Origin: Candidatus Methanofastidiosia archaeon
Lineage (GTDB): Archaea > Methanobacteriota_B > Thermococci > Methanofastidiosales > NM3
Assembly (NCBI GenBank): GCA_016930445.1
Contig: JAFGGT010000031.1
Coordinates: 1 to 45,225, forward strand
DNA length: 45,225 nt
Reading direction: 5' to 3'
Shown here: positions 8,358-17,215 of the stretch, piece after piece
Layout of the letters: each line of letters opens with the position of its first letter
How positions within the stretch are numbered: position 1 is the stretch's first letter
Notes under the pieces: generated by a model
Seen by the model: the letters and a program-made list of their open reading frames with translations, nothing else
Told to the model about the DNA's origin: nothing
Database searches by the model: none
Made by a program: the position numbers and the translations under genes

Positions 8358-9566
8358 TCATAGATTCGTGAGCTTGAATATGTGCCCATTGACGTATGCC
8401 CAGCTGCGCGAGACCGCTATCTTGTTGGAGTCTCCCGTGGCCGCTTCGCTGAGGGTGTAACCTACTATGGTCTCGTCAGTTATGACCGCAAGCTTCCAGA
8501 CAGAATCCTCCTTGTCATAGTAGAGGATCCTCCCATCCTTTACGACATAGTTGCCGACAGAGTCCGCCAGCTTCCTTGGGGCCTTGAAGATAGTTGAGAC
8601 ATAGTAGAGCTGATTTTCCGTTCCTTTCTTGATGACGTACACGACATCGTTGCCATCTATCTCAGGGTACATCTCGTCCCCATCGAGTGTGGAAAGGGGC
8701 ATCTCCCCACCCCCGGTGACGCTGGCCATGTATATGTCCCAGTCACGATTGTACTGAGAGTATACTACCATGTTCCCTGAAAGGTCCGCGTTCTCCTTGT
8801 TGCATGGGGATATCGTGACGTTGTACTCCTTTCCCGTCTTGAGGTCCTGAGAGTATACCTGCTTGTATGTGCCTGACCTAAGAACGTACACGATCCACCA
8901 ATCGTCATGGCCCTCCATCGTCCTTACGGCCAGGTTCTTGAAGACCTTGTCGTGGATGTTTAGATATTGTGGGACCCAATCGTCGCCTCCGCTTGCCGAA
9001 CAGAACACAGCCCCGTTGTCCACCATCTGTACCGTGCTAAGGTAATACAGATTCGCATATGTCATCTCGTTCTTGTTACTAAGATTTACCCGCATCAGGT
9101 AATATAGGCCTGTTGTGTTCAGAGTGCCTGGCACGCTCTCATAGAGGTAGTAAAGCAAACTGTCATCAACGATCTCTGGCCTGTCGTATATGACAAGATC
9201 CATGACGCCGCTGTAGACGGGCCCCTTCGGGGCAGGTGTAGTTGTAGGAGGCTGAGTGGTGGGGGCGGGTGTCGTTGTGGGGGGCTGTGTTGTCGTCGGT
9301 GCTGCCGTGGTCGGTGCGGGGGTGGTCGTCGGTGGCACGGTCGTTGAAGGCCTGGGTGTTATTACGGGCGGCGAAGTGGTCGTCGGGGTGCTTGTGGGAC
9401 AACCCTGATTTGAGGCCTCGCCATAGATGTTGGGGCATGCATCGTCCTCGTCTGGTATTCCATCGTTGTCAGCGTCCGGAGGTTGTGAATCCGTTCCCTC
9501 GTTGATGCATCCTGCCAGCATGGATACCATTATCATCATGCCCAGCAACAGGTAAGACGATCGCAT
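8358..9566 (-). CDS. Surface lipoprotein-like protein: lipobox, thrombospondin type-3-like Ca-binding repeat, Pro/Thr linker, beta-propeller-like C-terminal domain
   Basis: - The signal peptide ends in LAGC.
- DADNDGIPDEDDACP matches the DxDxDGxxDxxDxCP TSP3 pattern.
- A PT-rich linker of about 58 aa follows.
- The C-terminal region has repeated blocks ADLSGNMVVYSQYNRDWDIYM and PEIDGNDVVYV, like TolB-type propeller blades. Confidence 0.75.
   Translation of the reverse strand: MRSSYLLLGMMIMVSMLAGCINEGTDSQPPDADNDGIPDEDDACPNIYGEASNQGCPTSTPTTTSPPVITPRPSTTVPPTTTPAPTTAAPTTTQPPTTTPAPTTQPPTTTPAPKGPVYSGVMDLVIYDRPEIVDDSLLYYLYESVPGTLNTTGLYYLMRVNLSNKNEMTYANLYYLSTVQMVDNGAVFCSASGGDDWVPQYLNIHDKVFKNLAVRTMEGHDDWWIVYVLRSGTYKQVYSQDLKTGKEYNVTISPCNKENADLSGNMVVYSQYNRDWDIYMASVTGGGEMPLSTLDGDEMYPEIDGNDVVYVIKKGTENQLYYVSTIFKAPRKLADSVGNYVVKDGRILYYDKEDSVWKLAVITDETIVGYTLSEAATGDSNKIAVSRSWAYVNGHIFKLTNL
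9225..9398 (-). repeat. Imperfect coding tandem repeat (Pro/Thr-rich linker: TTPAPTT / QPPTTTPAP units)
   Basis: The translation TSTPTTTSPPVITPRPSTTVPPTTTPAPTTAAPTTTQPPTTTPAPTTQPPTTTPAP lies within the lipoprotein gene. The DNA shows degenerate GGTGTxGTTGT-type periodicity. Confidence 0.6.
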
Positions 9567-9596
9567 GGATTTAACTCATCGACATTTTATTTAAAA

Positions 9597-10451
9597 TTAA
9601 TGTGGACTCCGCTCGATCAGTGAAATTGCCTTGCGAAGATTCCATTCGAATCCCTTATCCTCGCTTACAGGCGTCTCCAAGACCTTCGGCACATCTAGGA
9701 GGGACTCATGATTGAGCAGGGCCTTGAATGCCTTCTCGCCGATCTCCCCAAGCCCTATGTGCTGGTGCTGGTCCCCTCTCGAATCGAAAGGGTATACTGA
9801 GTCGTTGAGGTGCATCATGCACAGATTCCCCAACCCTACCTCGGCATCAAGCTCCTTAATGGCCGCCTCGAGCCCGGCGGCCTCGTGTATAGCATACCCT
9901 CCACAGAACGCATGACAGGTATCAAGGCAGATCCCGATCCTTTTCGGTCCCAATCCAGAGGAGTCCATCATTAGGGAAAGCTCACTGAAGGTGCGGCCAA
10001 GTGTCGTTCCCCTTCCAGACGTGTTCTCAAGGAGCAGCTTGGTCCCTTTCTTTATGTCCAGGGAGGATAGGCGCCGGGAGACATTATCGATCCCGTCTTC
10101 CCTTCCCTTACCGCTCGTAAAGGCACCAGGATGCAATACCAAAAACTCTATGCCTAGGCGCGAAGTGGCGTCAAGCTCCCTCTGAAGGGCCTCGATGGAC
10201 TTGGAAGCCGCATTCTCATCGTCGGATCCAAGATTGATAAGGTATTTCGAGTGGACGGCATAGGGCCGCTGGTCGGCCCTTTCCCTCTGTTCCTTGAACA
10301 TCTCGACCTCTTGGGGTGGCGGTTCAGCGACCGCCCATGCCCTTGGCGATGACACGAATATCTGTCCACAGTTCCCGCCGATCTCGCGCTCCCGTTCGAT
10401 GGCCTTGCTTATGCCTCCGGCGATCGATACATGGGCCCCGATCCTTATCAT
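9597..10451 (-). CDS. nfo: Endonuclease IV (AP endonuclease family 2)
   Basis: MIRIGAHVSIAGG..., YLINL, VLHPG, LLENTSG, CLDTCHAF and HLNDS...RGDQHQHIG are the metal-ligand blocks of Nfo. The length is 284 aa. Confidence 0.92.
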   Translation of the reverse strand: MIRIGAHVSIAGGISKAIEREREIGGNCGQIFVSSPRAWAVAEPPPQEVEMFKEQRERADQRPYAVHSKYLINLGSDDENAASKSIEALQRELDATSRLGIEFLVLHPGAFTSGKGREDGIDNVSRRLSSLDIKKGTKLLLENTSGRGTTLGRTFSELSLMMDSSGLGPKRIGICLDTCHAFCGGYAIHEAAGLEAAIKELDAEVGLGNLCMMHLNDSVYPFDSRGDQHQHIGLGEIGEKAFKALLNHESLLDVPKVLETPVSEDKGFEWNLRKAISLIERSPH

Positions 10452-10455
10452 GGCA

Positions 10456-10914
10456 TTACCCGTACTTCTCTATGTACATCTTGAGGTTCTTGTAATAGTA
10501 GTACATTATGAGAACGTTCAAGAGCTCAAGGTCTGGGGCGTTGACGAAGCATATGACACGATTCTCACTATACACCCCCTCCCTGAGGTCGAGCAGGAGC
10601 TGCAACATCTCAAGGTCCTCTAGCTGCCTCCACTCGGAACTGTCCAAGAGATAGCAGATCTCGATTATCTCTATCTCAAGGGGGATGGTCTTCCATCCCC
10701 TGGTCTCATCGTAATCCGAAGCGAGCTGGTTCGCCACAAACAGCCTCTCGAAGAACAGGGTGACGCCCACTGCCTTGTCATCCTCGTCCTTGAGGTACAT
10801 CTGTGTCCATAAGGTATTGGCCTTCGTGTAAAAGGACTCTATGGCACTCTCGTCATGAACTATCTTATCTATGATGAGGCAGACCTCGTGTCTTTTGAAT
10901 TTCCTAATGTCCAT
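10456..10914 (-). CDS. Hypothetical acidic protein (152 aa), first gene of an operon with nfo
   Basis: It starts with ATG and its stop lies 4 nt before the nfo start. By my count it has about 28 D/E against about 17 K/R. I recognise no family. Confidence 0.7.
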   Translation of the reverse strand: MDIRKFKRHEVCLIIDKIVHDESAIESFYTKANTLWTQMYLKDEDDKAVGVTLFFERLFVANQLASDYDETRGWKTIPLEIEIIEICYLLDSSEWRQLEDLEMLQLLLDLREGVYSENRVICFVNAPDLELLNVLIMYYYYKNLKMYIEKYG

Positions 10915-11030
10915 TTGATAACCTCCGACATTGAATGAATATGGTCATTATATATGGAACGTTTTATTTAAATGTGTTATATGGCTGCAACATAGATAAA
11001 ACTTTAAATCAATAATAGCAAATCCAACTT
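10915..11030. promoter_or_regulatory. Divergent promoter region (orf152-nfo to the left, nreA to the right)
   Basis: This is an AT-rich 116-bp spacer with two TATA-like boxes, TTTTATTTAAAT (about 10963-10974) and AAAACTTTAAAT (about 10998-11009). The second is centred about 25 nt upstream of the nreA ATG, which implies a leaderless mRNA. Confidence 0.4.
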
Positions 11031-12263
11031 ATGCCGACCAATAAGGTGATCGAGGAGCATGAAAGCTGCAGGATAGTCATGGACATGAAACCTTCGGTTG
11101 GCATCTCCAGGAACAAGTGCATCGTGTGCAAGGGCAGGATAATGTGCGGCATCTCGCCTTGCCCGATACTCTCATCGATATCGATAGACTTCAGGGAGAA
11201 CGTTGACAACAAGTGGTCGCTGCAAGGAAGGGCATCTGGTGTGAACGTTGGCTGGGAGAAGTTTCCTAGCGGCTCCATAGTCCCCACCATCCTTGACAAC
11301 GAATACGACCCAAGCATCAAGTTTGACAACATAAGGGAGAGCATCTACTACAAGATATCCAACATATATGGCCCCTGCATCGAGGGCAGCCACATAGACA
11401 GGTATGAAAATGAACTAAGCAAGATAGCTCTTTCCCAGGACCCGATAGAGCTCGATGTGTCGTTCTCAGGCCGGCCAGAGAGGCGTTTCTTTTTCAGCAC
11501 CGTCGAGAGGGCCTACGCCAACTCGGGCCCCATTGAGGCATTGGAGGTCTTCGGGGAACCCAACATACCACTCTTTTTCATAGACATCCTGGAGAGGAAC
11601 ATGGCCTATGAGCAGGCGATCATCGAAGCCTATAGGAACGACGCGGAGATAGAGTATATATCAAAGCTCCTTTCAATGGGGTGCTTCGGGAAGACGCAAA
11701 AATTCATGCCTTCGAGATGGGCTAAGACCACGGTATACTCGGTTTGCTCCCATCATATGATAAAGAATATCAAGAAGCTGCCCATAGGGCAACAGACCTC
11801 GCTCTATCACCATAGGCATCTTGGCAACGACTACGTCGTGCTGGCATTTCCAAGGGCCTGGGAGTTCGAGCTCTTGGAGCGGTGGCTTCCGAACTGCATC
11901 TGGACCATGGGAGAGGACACGCCCCTCTATTTGCACGAGCACGAGACCTATAACGGCGTGTCCGACCAGGCAATGAGGGAGGGGGGGTCCTACTATTCCA
12001 GCAGATTGGGCGTCTGCGAGCTGTTGAAGCGGGAGGGCATGCAATCCGCCTGCCTCGTGATATCCTCGGCCAATCCAGGGTCGTCCATACCCTTTGGTTC
12101 CGGAGAGACCCGGATGGGCGTTTCCGGAGCGGAGCTTATAGATAGGTACGATGACGAGGGAGAGGCCTTAGAGGAGGCATGCTCAATAATCGGTATGCCG
12201 AAAAAGACCCTATTCCGAAACTCGATGCTCCTTTCTCAGAACACCCTAGGCAGATGGCTCTAG
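11031..12263 (+). CDS. nreA: NreA-like archaeal DNA repair protein (Nre_N/Nre_C, formerly DUF650/DUF651)
   Basis: The N-terminal Cys cluster CIVCKGRIMCGISPCPIL (11118-11171) and a length of about 410 aa match my recollection of the Nre family. The extreme C-terminus QNTLGRWL is a canonical PIP box. The family call rests on memory only. Confidence 0.7.
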   Translation: MPTNKVIEEHESCRIVMDMKPSVGISRNKCIVCKGRIMCGISPCPILSSISIDFRENVDNKWSLQGRASGVNVGWEKFPSGSIVPTILDNEYDPSIKFDNIRESIYYKISNIYGPCIEGSHIDRYENELSKIALSQDPIELDVSFSGRPERRFFFSTVERAYANSGPIEALEVFGEPNIPLFFIDILERNMAYEQAIIEAYRNDAEIEYISKLLSMGCFGKTQKFMPSRWAKTTVYSVCSHHMIKNIKKLPIGQQTSLYHHRHLGNDYVVLAFPRAWEFELLERWLPNCIWTMGEDTPLYLHEHETYNGVSDQAMREGGSYYSSRLGVCELLKREGMQSACLVISSANPGSSIPFGSGETRMGVSGAELIDRYDDEGEALEEACSIIGMPKKTLFRNSMLLSQNTLGRWL

Positions 12264-13460
12264 CGTCTGGAACGCCCCGTATCTGGCCAGTCGGGAAAGG
12301 CCCCATTTGAATAGCAGCGGCGTTAATATTATGGTCATCAATGAGACGATGATTATGGTCGTGAACACATCCTCGCCAATGACGCCACTATTGTAACCAT
12401 AGTTCACCAGCGCAAGCTCAAGAGAGCCCCTGCCGCACATTCCCACGCCGATGAGTATCGCCTTTCCCTTGTTGAATCCGCTCAGATATGCGCCAAGGCC
12501 GCAGCCGAGCATCTTCCCACCGAAAGCCGCAACGGATATGATCACGATGAAAAGGACGCTTATCCCGCTCACGGGATTGAAGCTCAGCCCTATCGAGATG
12601 AAGAAGAATGGCATGAATATGGACTTCAAGGTAACGCCCAGATGTTCGATGTTCTCATTGAGCGTCACCTGCACGTTCAACATGGGGTCCTTGAACTCCC
12701 TTACCCTTCCTATCACAAGGCCGGCCAGATAGGCGCCGATGATCTCGTGCAGGCCCAGCGCGTTCGCAAGCAGTGCCAATGAGAAGGTGAGTATGAACAT
12801 TACCGAGAGCATCTGATAATCGCTCCTGAAGAATCTCATGCTAACCAGTTTGAATATGTCCTTGACGAGGATCTTATCGGAAATGTAGAGAACAGCAAAG
12901 AGGAAGACCACGATCTTTATCGTTATGAGGCCGAAGGTGGCCATGTCGAGCGCCCCGGTGTTCGCTATCGCCGACAGGACGCCGATAAGGTAAATGGCTA
13001 TGAAGTCGTCCGCAAGAGCGGATGCCACCAAGACCGGCCCCATATCCTGCGTGTCCTCATTTATTATCATGCCGGACACGACCTCGATGGATGTGTTGGA
13101 TAGGAGTATCCCTAGGAAAACGGACTCAAGAAGCCCGAAGCCGAATGCATAGCAGAAGGCGAATCCCAGCCCAAAGCTGGCAATGACGCCAAGCGAACCG
13201 ATGACGGAAGAGGAGAACTTGCTCCGGGAGAGGTCTGTGTACTTGCTGGTCAGGCCCACGTAGAGCATCATCATCAGAAGCCCCAGCTCGGCAAGCACGT
13301 TGAAGGCTTCGGTCGGGGCGACTATGTTAAGGATGAACGGCCCCAGGCATATGCCTGTCAGTACCTCCGCCACGATGGAGGATATGCTCATCCTACTGAA
13401 GAGCTCACCCAATACTTTTGCCACGAACAGAAGAAGGACAATGTCAATTAACTCGATCAT
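12246..13460 (-). CDS. Cation:proton antiporter, CPA2 (Kef/NapA-type Na+/H+ or K+/H+ exchanger), no TrkA domain
   Basis: The 404-aa product has about 12 TM helices. The N-terminus IVLLLFVAKVLGELFSRMSISSIVAEVLTGICLGP is typical of the Na_H_Exchanger family. It overlaps the convergent nreA 3' end by 18 bp. Confidence 0.85.
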   Translation of the reverse strand: MIELIDIVLLLFVAKVLGELFSRMSISSIVAEVLTGICLGPFILNIVAPTEAFNVLAELGLLMMMLYVGLTSKYTDLSRSKFSSSVIGSLGVIASFGLGFAFCYAFGFGLLESVFLGILLSNTSIEVVSGMIINEDTQDMGPVLVASALADDFIAIYLIGVLSAIANTGALDMATFGLITIKIVVFLFAVLYISDKILVKDIFKLVSMRFFRSDYQMLSVMFILTFSLALLANALGLHEIIGAYLAGLVIGRVREFKDPMLNVQVTLNENIEHLGVTLKSIFMPFFFISIGLSFNPVSGISVLFIVIISVAAFGGKMLGCGLGAYLSGFNKGKAILIGVGMCGRGSLELALVNYGYNSGVIGEDVFTTIIIVSLMTIILTPLLFKWGLSRLARYGAFQTLEPSA

Positions 13461-13467
13461 GATAGTT

Positions 13468-14349
13468 CTACCTTGCCAACGCCCTGCTAATTTCTACCGC
13501 CTTTCTTGCCACGTCGAGAGCATCCCTGCCAACAAGATATATGCAAGGCTCTATGCCAAATGCGCCCTTGTCGATCAAAAGGTCCGTCATAGGATCAAGA
13601 TCCCCTATAACTAGATTGCCGTCATTTCTAAATAATAATCTTTCTTTAAGCCCCAGGGCCTTGCAAGCTGCAAGGATCTCTTCGCTATGGCTGATGTTCA
13701 TTATGGACTTAATGCTCTGCTGAAGGCCGTTTATCCTGAGCAGGAGATTCGTGGTATGCCTCGACGCGTTGAACTCGGGGGCGGTGGGGCTCATGACCTT
13801 CCCCCTGACTACTATCAGCCGGCCGGGTATGGAAGCGACATCGAATGGGCCACTGGGCGACTCGGTGCACATGGCGATGTTCGTCCTGACCTCGGGTACG
13901 AGGCCCACTATGTTCTCCTTTATGAGCATGCCGATAGCGCCCTCCATCATGTGAAGCACCGAGTTCCTTGGGTTGTCCTCCATCCTGAGGTTCATGCATG
14001 CATTGCAGTCATCGTTTCCAGTCTGCCGCTTGTGCATGGGGCACAGCCCGGAGGACTCCCTAAGCGAAAGGCAGAAAGAGCATAAGGTCCTCGTGGCCTG
14101 GCCAGGGGACTCTATGACCTCCACCAGCCTCAGGGCGAGCCCGTCTATCTCCCTCTGCATCTCCTTTCCCAAATGTTTGGGATGTTTTGAGAGGTATTTC
14201 GAGACCATGGCCTGGGTGACTCCCAATAGCTCTGCCGCCCTCTTCTGGGAGTATCCCCTCTCGTTGACCAGTATCTTTGCGACTTCCCTCCTGATGGCGG
14301 GCAGTATCCTTTCATCAACTAGCAAGCATGGAGGCCTAATCTCTATCAC
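13468..14349 (-). CDS. HTH domain - Cys-rich linker - ThiN domain protein (ThiR-like thiamine regulator or ThiN thiamine-phosphate synthase fusion)
   Basis: - The N-terminal HTH is GYSQKRAAELLGVTQAMVSKYL.
- The linker carries CxxC...CPMH...CxxC (13996-14082).
- The C-terminal half (DVASIPGRLIVVRGKV...DKGAFGIEPCIYLVGRDALDVARKA) matches my recollection of ThiN.
- The start codon is GTG.
- The gene lies directly downstream of thiB-thiP. Confidence 0.7.
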   Translation of the reverse strand: MIEIRPPCLLVDERILPAIRREVAKILVNERGYSQKRAAELLGVTQAMVSKYLSKHPKHLGKEMQREIDGLALRLVEVIESPGQATRTLCSFCLSLRESSGLCPMHKRQTGNDDCNACMNLRMEDNPRNSVLHMMEGAIGMLIKENIVGLVPEVRTNIAMCTESPSGPFDVASIPGRLIVVRGKVMSPTAPEFNASRHTTNLLLRINGLQQSIKSIMNISHSEEILAACKALGLKERLLFRNDGNLVIGDLDPMTDLLIDKGAFGIEPCIYLVGRDALDVARKAVEISRALAR

Positions 14350-14419
14350 CCATGGAGCTTCAAATCCCCTTATTTGAATAATACTTTCTTTCGAACATAA
14401 TAATCATTTCCCATTGCCG

Positions 14420-16066
14420 TCAGAACTGGAGCTTAGAACCCGCCCTTTCTATCAGCAGAAAGCTGATTGCTGAAACGGCCATCAGTATGACGCCGAGGGC
14501 CGCGGCCGGGCCGAATCTGTATCCCCCGATGTATCTATAGATGTAGATTGGGATGGTAGTGTATCTGCCACCATAGAGCATGTAGGCCGCCGCCAGTTCG
14601 CCAAGGGATATGGCAAATGAGAAGACCGCAGCTGCCATGATGCCGCCCTTTATGAGTGGCAGCTCTATTGAAAGGAACGCCCTCATCCGGGACGCGCCCA
14701 TGTTCTGGGCGGCCTCTACCAGCGCCCTGTCCACCTTAGAGACAGAGTTGGAAACGGCCCTGAAAGAGAACGGGAAGGAGATGACCGCATGTATAAGGAC
14801 TATGGCCATCAGAAGTATGTCGATCGAAAACGCATTGCCCACGATAAGGTAACCCAGTGCCAAAGTGATCGTGGAGACACAGAGAGGTATCATGACCATT
14901 GCGCCCAAGAGCTTCCTCAGGCCGCTTACCGAAGAATGGCCGTATGAGAGAACTATGCCGAATATCACGGAGATCATCATGGCCAATGTGGCGATTATCA
15001 AGGAATTGGCAATGGACTCGAGCGGCGTTGCGCCGATGAAGCTTCGGCCCCCGACGTCCAATACCTCCCTGAACCAGTCCAGGGTGTAGTCTGACAAGCC
15101 CCCTGCCTTTACGGATGCGTGGACTATCGATGCCATGGGGCCCAATAGCAGCACGGATACGACGAGCGAGTATACGGCTGTCAGGGCCTTATGTGTGGAT
15201 GACATCGAGGAGAGTGACCTTAGCTGCCTAAGCCTGCCCTCGATCCTTTTAACGTCCACCTTCATGTAAGCGAACACGATGCCCAGAAGGAAAACTATCT
15301 GCAACAATGATAGAGCGGCCGCGACCTCGAAGGACCCGTAGAAGTTAGTGACGGTGTATATCGTGACCTCCATGGTGGCGTACCTTGGACCGCCTAGGGC
15401 AAGGACTATTGCGAAAGAGGTAAAGCAATATATGAATATCAAGAGCGAGCTCGAGAGGATCGCCTGGGAAAGGAACGGCAGCTCTATGTCCTTGAACACC
15501 CTCAACCTGGATGCGCCCATGTTCCTGGCGGCCTCAAGAAGGCCCTCGTCGATATGCCCCCAGATCGAGGAAACGTACCTGAACACAAGGGGTATGTTAT
15601 AGAAGGCGTGCGCGAGTATGATGGCCTTCCAGCTGTAGAGGATCCTGATAGGCACCCCACCTCCCCCGGTTATGTCCCTTAGGAGGTCGTTGAGCACCCC
15701 TGAATTGCCAAAGAATATCACGAATCCCAGCACCACAAGGACCGAGGGCAGCACGAAGGGTATCGTGGAGAGCGCCATTATCTGCCCCTTCCACCTGAAC
15801 TCATAGTTTGATAAGATGAAGGCGCCCGGCAATCCGAGAGCAAGCGTTATCAGGACGGAGGCGAATGCCTGCACGAACGTGAAGAGCATCACCTCCCTGT
15901 AATACTTGCTGGAAAATACCTGGTAGAAGGCCTCGAAGGAAAGCTTCCCGTCTGTCGTCAGGCCCGAGTAGAGCACCATGAGCAGAGGCAGTAATACGAA
16001 TAGAAATAGAAAGAATGAAGGCAAGGCGACAAGCGCCAGCCTTCTTGGCGATATGCCCCAGCTCAT
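14420..16066 (-). CDS. thiP: ABC transporter permease with duplicated (2 x 6 TM) permease domains, ThiP/FbpB-type
   Basis: I moved the start to the ATG at 16066 (MSWGISPRR...), which forms an ATGA overlap with the thiB stop. The track start at 16096 is TTG. Two EAA-type loops are present (EAARNMGASRLRVFKDIELP and EAAQNMGASRMRAFLSIELP). Confidence 0.75.
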   Translation of the reverse strand: MSWGISPRRLALVALPSFFLFLFVLLPLLMVLYSGLTTDGKLSFEAFYQVFSSKYYREVMLFTFVQAFASVLITLALGLPGAFILSNYEFRWKGQIMALSTIPFVLPSVLVVLGFVIFFGNSGVLNDLLRDITGGGGVPIRILYSWKAIILAHAFYNIPLVFRYVSSIWGHIDEGLLEAARNMGASRLRVFKDIELPFLSQAILSSSLLIFIYCFTSFAIVLALGGPRYATMEVTIYTVTNFYGSFEVAAALSLLQIVFLLGIVFAYMKVDVKRIEGRLRQLRSLSSMSSTHKALTAVYSLVVSVLLLGPMASIVHASVKAGGLSDYTLDWFREVLDVGGRSFIGATPLESIANSLIIATLAMMISVIFGIVLSYGHSSVSGLRKLLGAMVMIPLCVSTITLALGYLIVGNAFSIDILLMAIVLIHAVISFPFSFRAVSNSVSKVDRALVEAAQNMGASRMRAFLSIELPLIKGGIMAAAVFSFAISLGELAAAYMLYGGRYTTIPIYIYRYIGGYRFGPAAALGVILMAVSAISFLLIERAGSKLQF

Positions 16067-17073
16067 CCTATTGCCTCTAACCATCGCTCGATCCAACCCT
16101 CAAGCTTTGATCCGAGATCGTTCCTGTCAAGCGGCAGGACGGTGTCTGCCGTTTCAACTATCTGCATGTAGGACTCGGGGAGCTCGACGTCTGGATTCAC
16201 AGGCATCATGAACTGCGTCAGGGCCAGCTCTCTTTGGAATTCCTCGGAGAGCATGAAGTCAATGAACTTCTCTGCCAGGTCGGGATGCTTCGCGCCGTTG
16301 ACGATCCCAGCGCCCTCTATCTGTATGAATCCACCTTCCTCGAATATAACCCCCTTGTACCTGTCGGTCCCTTCGAACTCGAGGTGGTATGCGGGGCTGG
16401 TGGCATAGCTGATGACCATCGGTGCCTCGCCTTCGATGAACATCCCATAATATGCCGTGCTCCAGCTGGGGGCCACTGTCAGTATGCTATCCCCTATGTC
16501 CTCCCAGTAGCTATCGAAATCATCCCCATACGCTGCGATCGTCCAAAGTAGGAACGAGAGGCCCGGTGAGGATGTCCGAGGATCCTCGACTATCAGCATG
16601 CCATCCCATTCAGGCGACTTGAGGTCCTCGAAGGAGGTAGGGGGTTCCTGGACCGCATATGAATCATATATAAGGGCCATGAAGCTGTAGTCGAACGGAG
16701 TAAGCCTCCATTGATCGTCCATCAGCAAGTATTCCGGTATCTGCTCGTAGCCGGATGGGCGGTACTCCTCGAGAATGCCGCTGGAAAACGCCCTATACAT
16801 CTGCAGGTCATTTATCCCGATCAGGACATCGGCCTGTGGGTCATCCTTTTCAGCGATGGCCCTTGTTATCATGTCGCCAGAGCTCCCTATGGAGACCACG
16901 TTGACCGTCACGCCGTATTCCTCCTCAAAGAGTGGTATCACCAACGGCCCTGGCCCCCAGTCGGAGACGAAGCTATCGTAGGTGTAGATCGTCAGTTCTT
17001 TTTCCTCGCTTCCATTGATGCAGCCGCTCAAGAGGGCCACAAACAACACCAATATAACAGCAATGTACTTCAT
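16063..17073 (-). CDS. thiB: ABC transporter substrate-binding lipoprotein, thiamine/Fe(III)-binding family (ThiB-like)
   Basis: The signal peptide has an LLSGC lipobox. The protein is about 336 aa and looks like a type II periplasmic-binding protein. The thiamine assignment rests on gene order with the fused permease and the ThiN-domain gene, so substrate specificity is inferred rather than proven. Confidence 0.65.
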   Translation of the reverse strand: MKYIAVILVLFVALLSGCINGSEEKELTIYTYDSFVSDWGPGPLVIPLFEEEYGVTVNVVSIGSSGDMITRAIAEKDDPQADVLIGINDLQMYRAFSSGILEEYRPSGYEQIPEYLLMDDQWRLTPFDYSFMALIYDSYAVQEPPTSFEDLKSPEWDGMLIVEDPRTSSPGLSFLLWTIAAYGDDFDSYWEDIGDSILTVAPSWSTAYYGMFIEGEAPMVISYATSPAYHLEFEGTDRYKGVIFEEGGFIQIEGAGIVNGAKHPDLAEKFIDFMLSEEFQRELALTQFMMPVNPDVELPESYMQIVETADTVLPLDRNDLGSKLEGWIERWLEAIG

Positions 17074-17190
17074 CGGTGCTTATAATTCACTTATAGTTTA
17101 TATAACTTACTAATATCCAATGCCTCAAGAGGTGTAAAATTGATTTTTATGTTGGAATAGCTATGCGGTCCTAAAAATGAAAGGCATGTT

Positions 17191-17208
17191 CAAAAAAGGA
17201 AAAAAGGG
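17191..17208 (-). terminator. Oligo-T terminator after the MMPL gene
   Basis: The minus strand reads CCCTTTTTTCCTTTTTTG, starting 8 nt after the TGA stop at 17216-17218. Confidence 0.4.
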
Positions 17209-17215
17209 AGTGGCC

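Noticed and set aside
11009-11344. A 111-aa ORF on the - strand that overlaps the nreA start.
   Set aside because: It runs into the divergent promoter and overlaps the conserved Cys-cluster region of nreA. I recognise nothing in the product.
17074-17215. A possible TPP riboswitch in the thiB leader. TPP riboswitches are known in some Thermoplasmata.
   Set aside because: Reading the minus strand, I found no CUGAGA box, no ACCUGAUCUGGAUAAUGCCAGCG-like core and no convincing P1-P5 stems. I found only a TATA-like box and a short leader. A covariance-model scan would be decisive.
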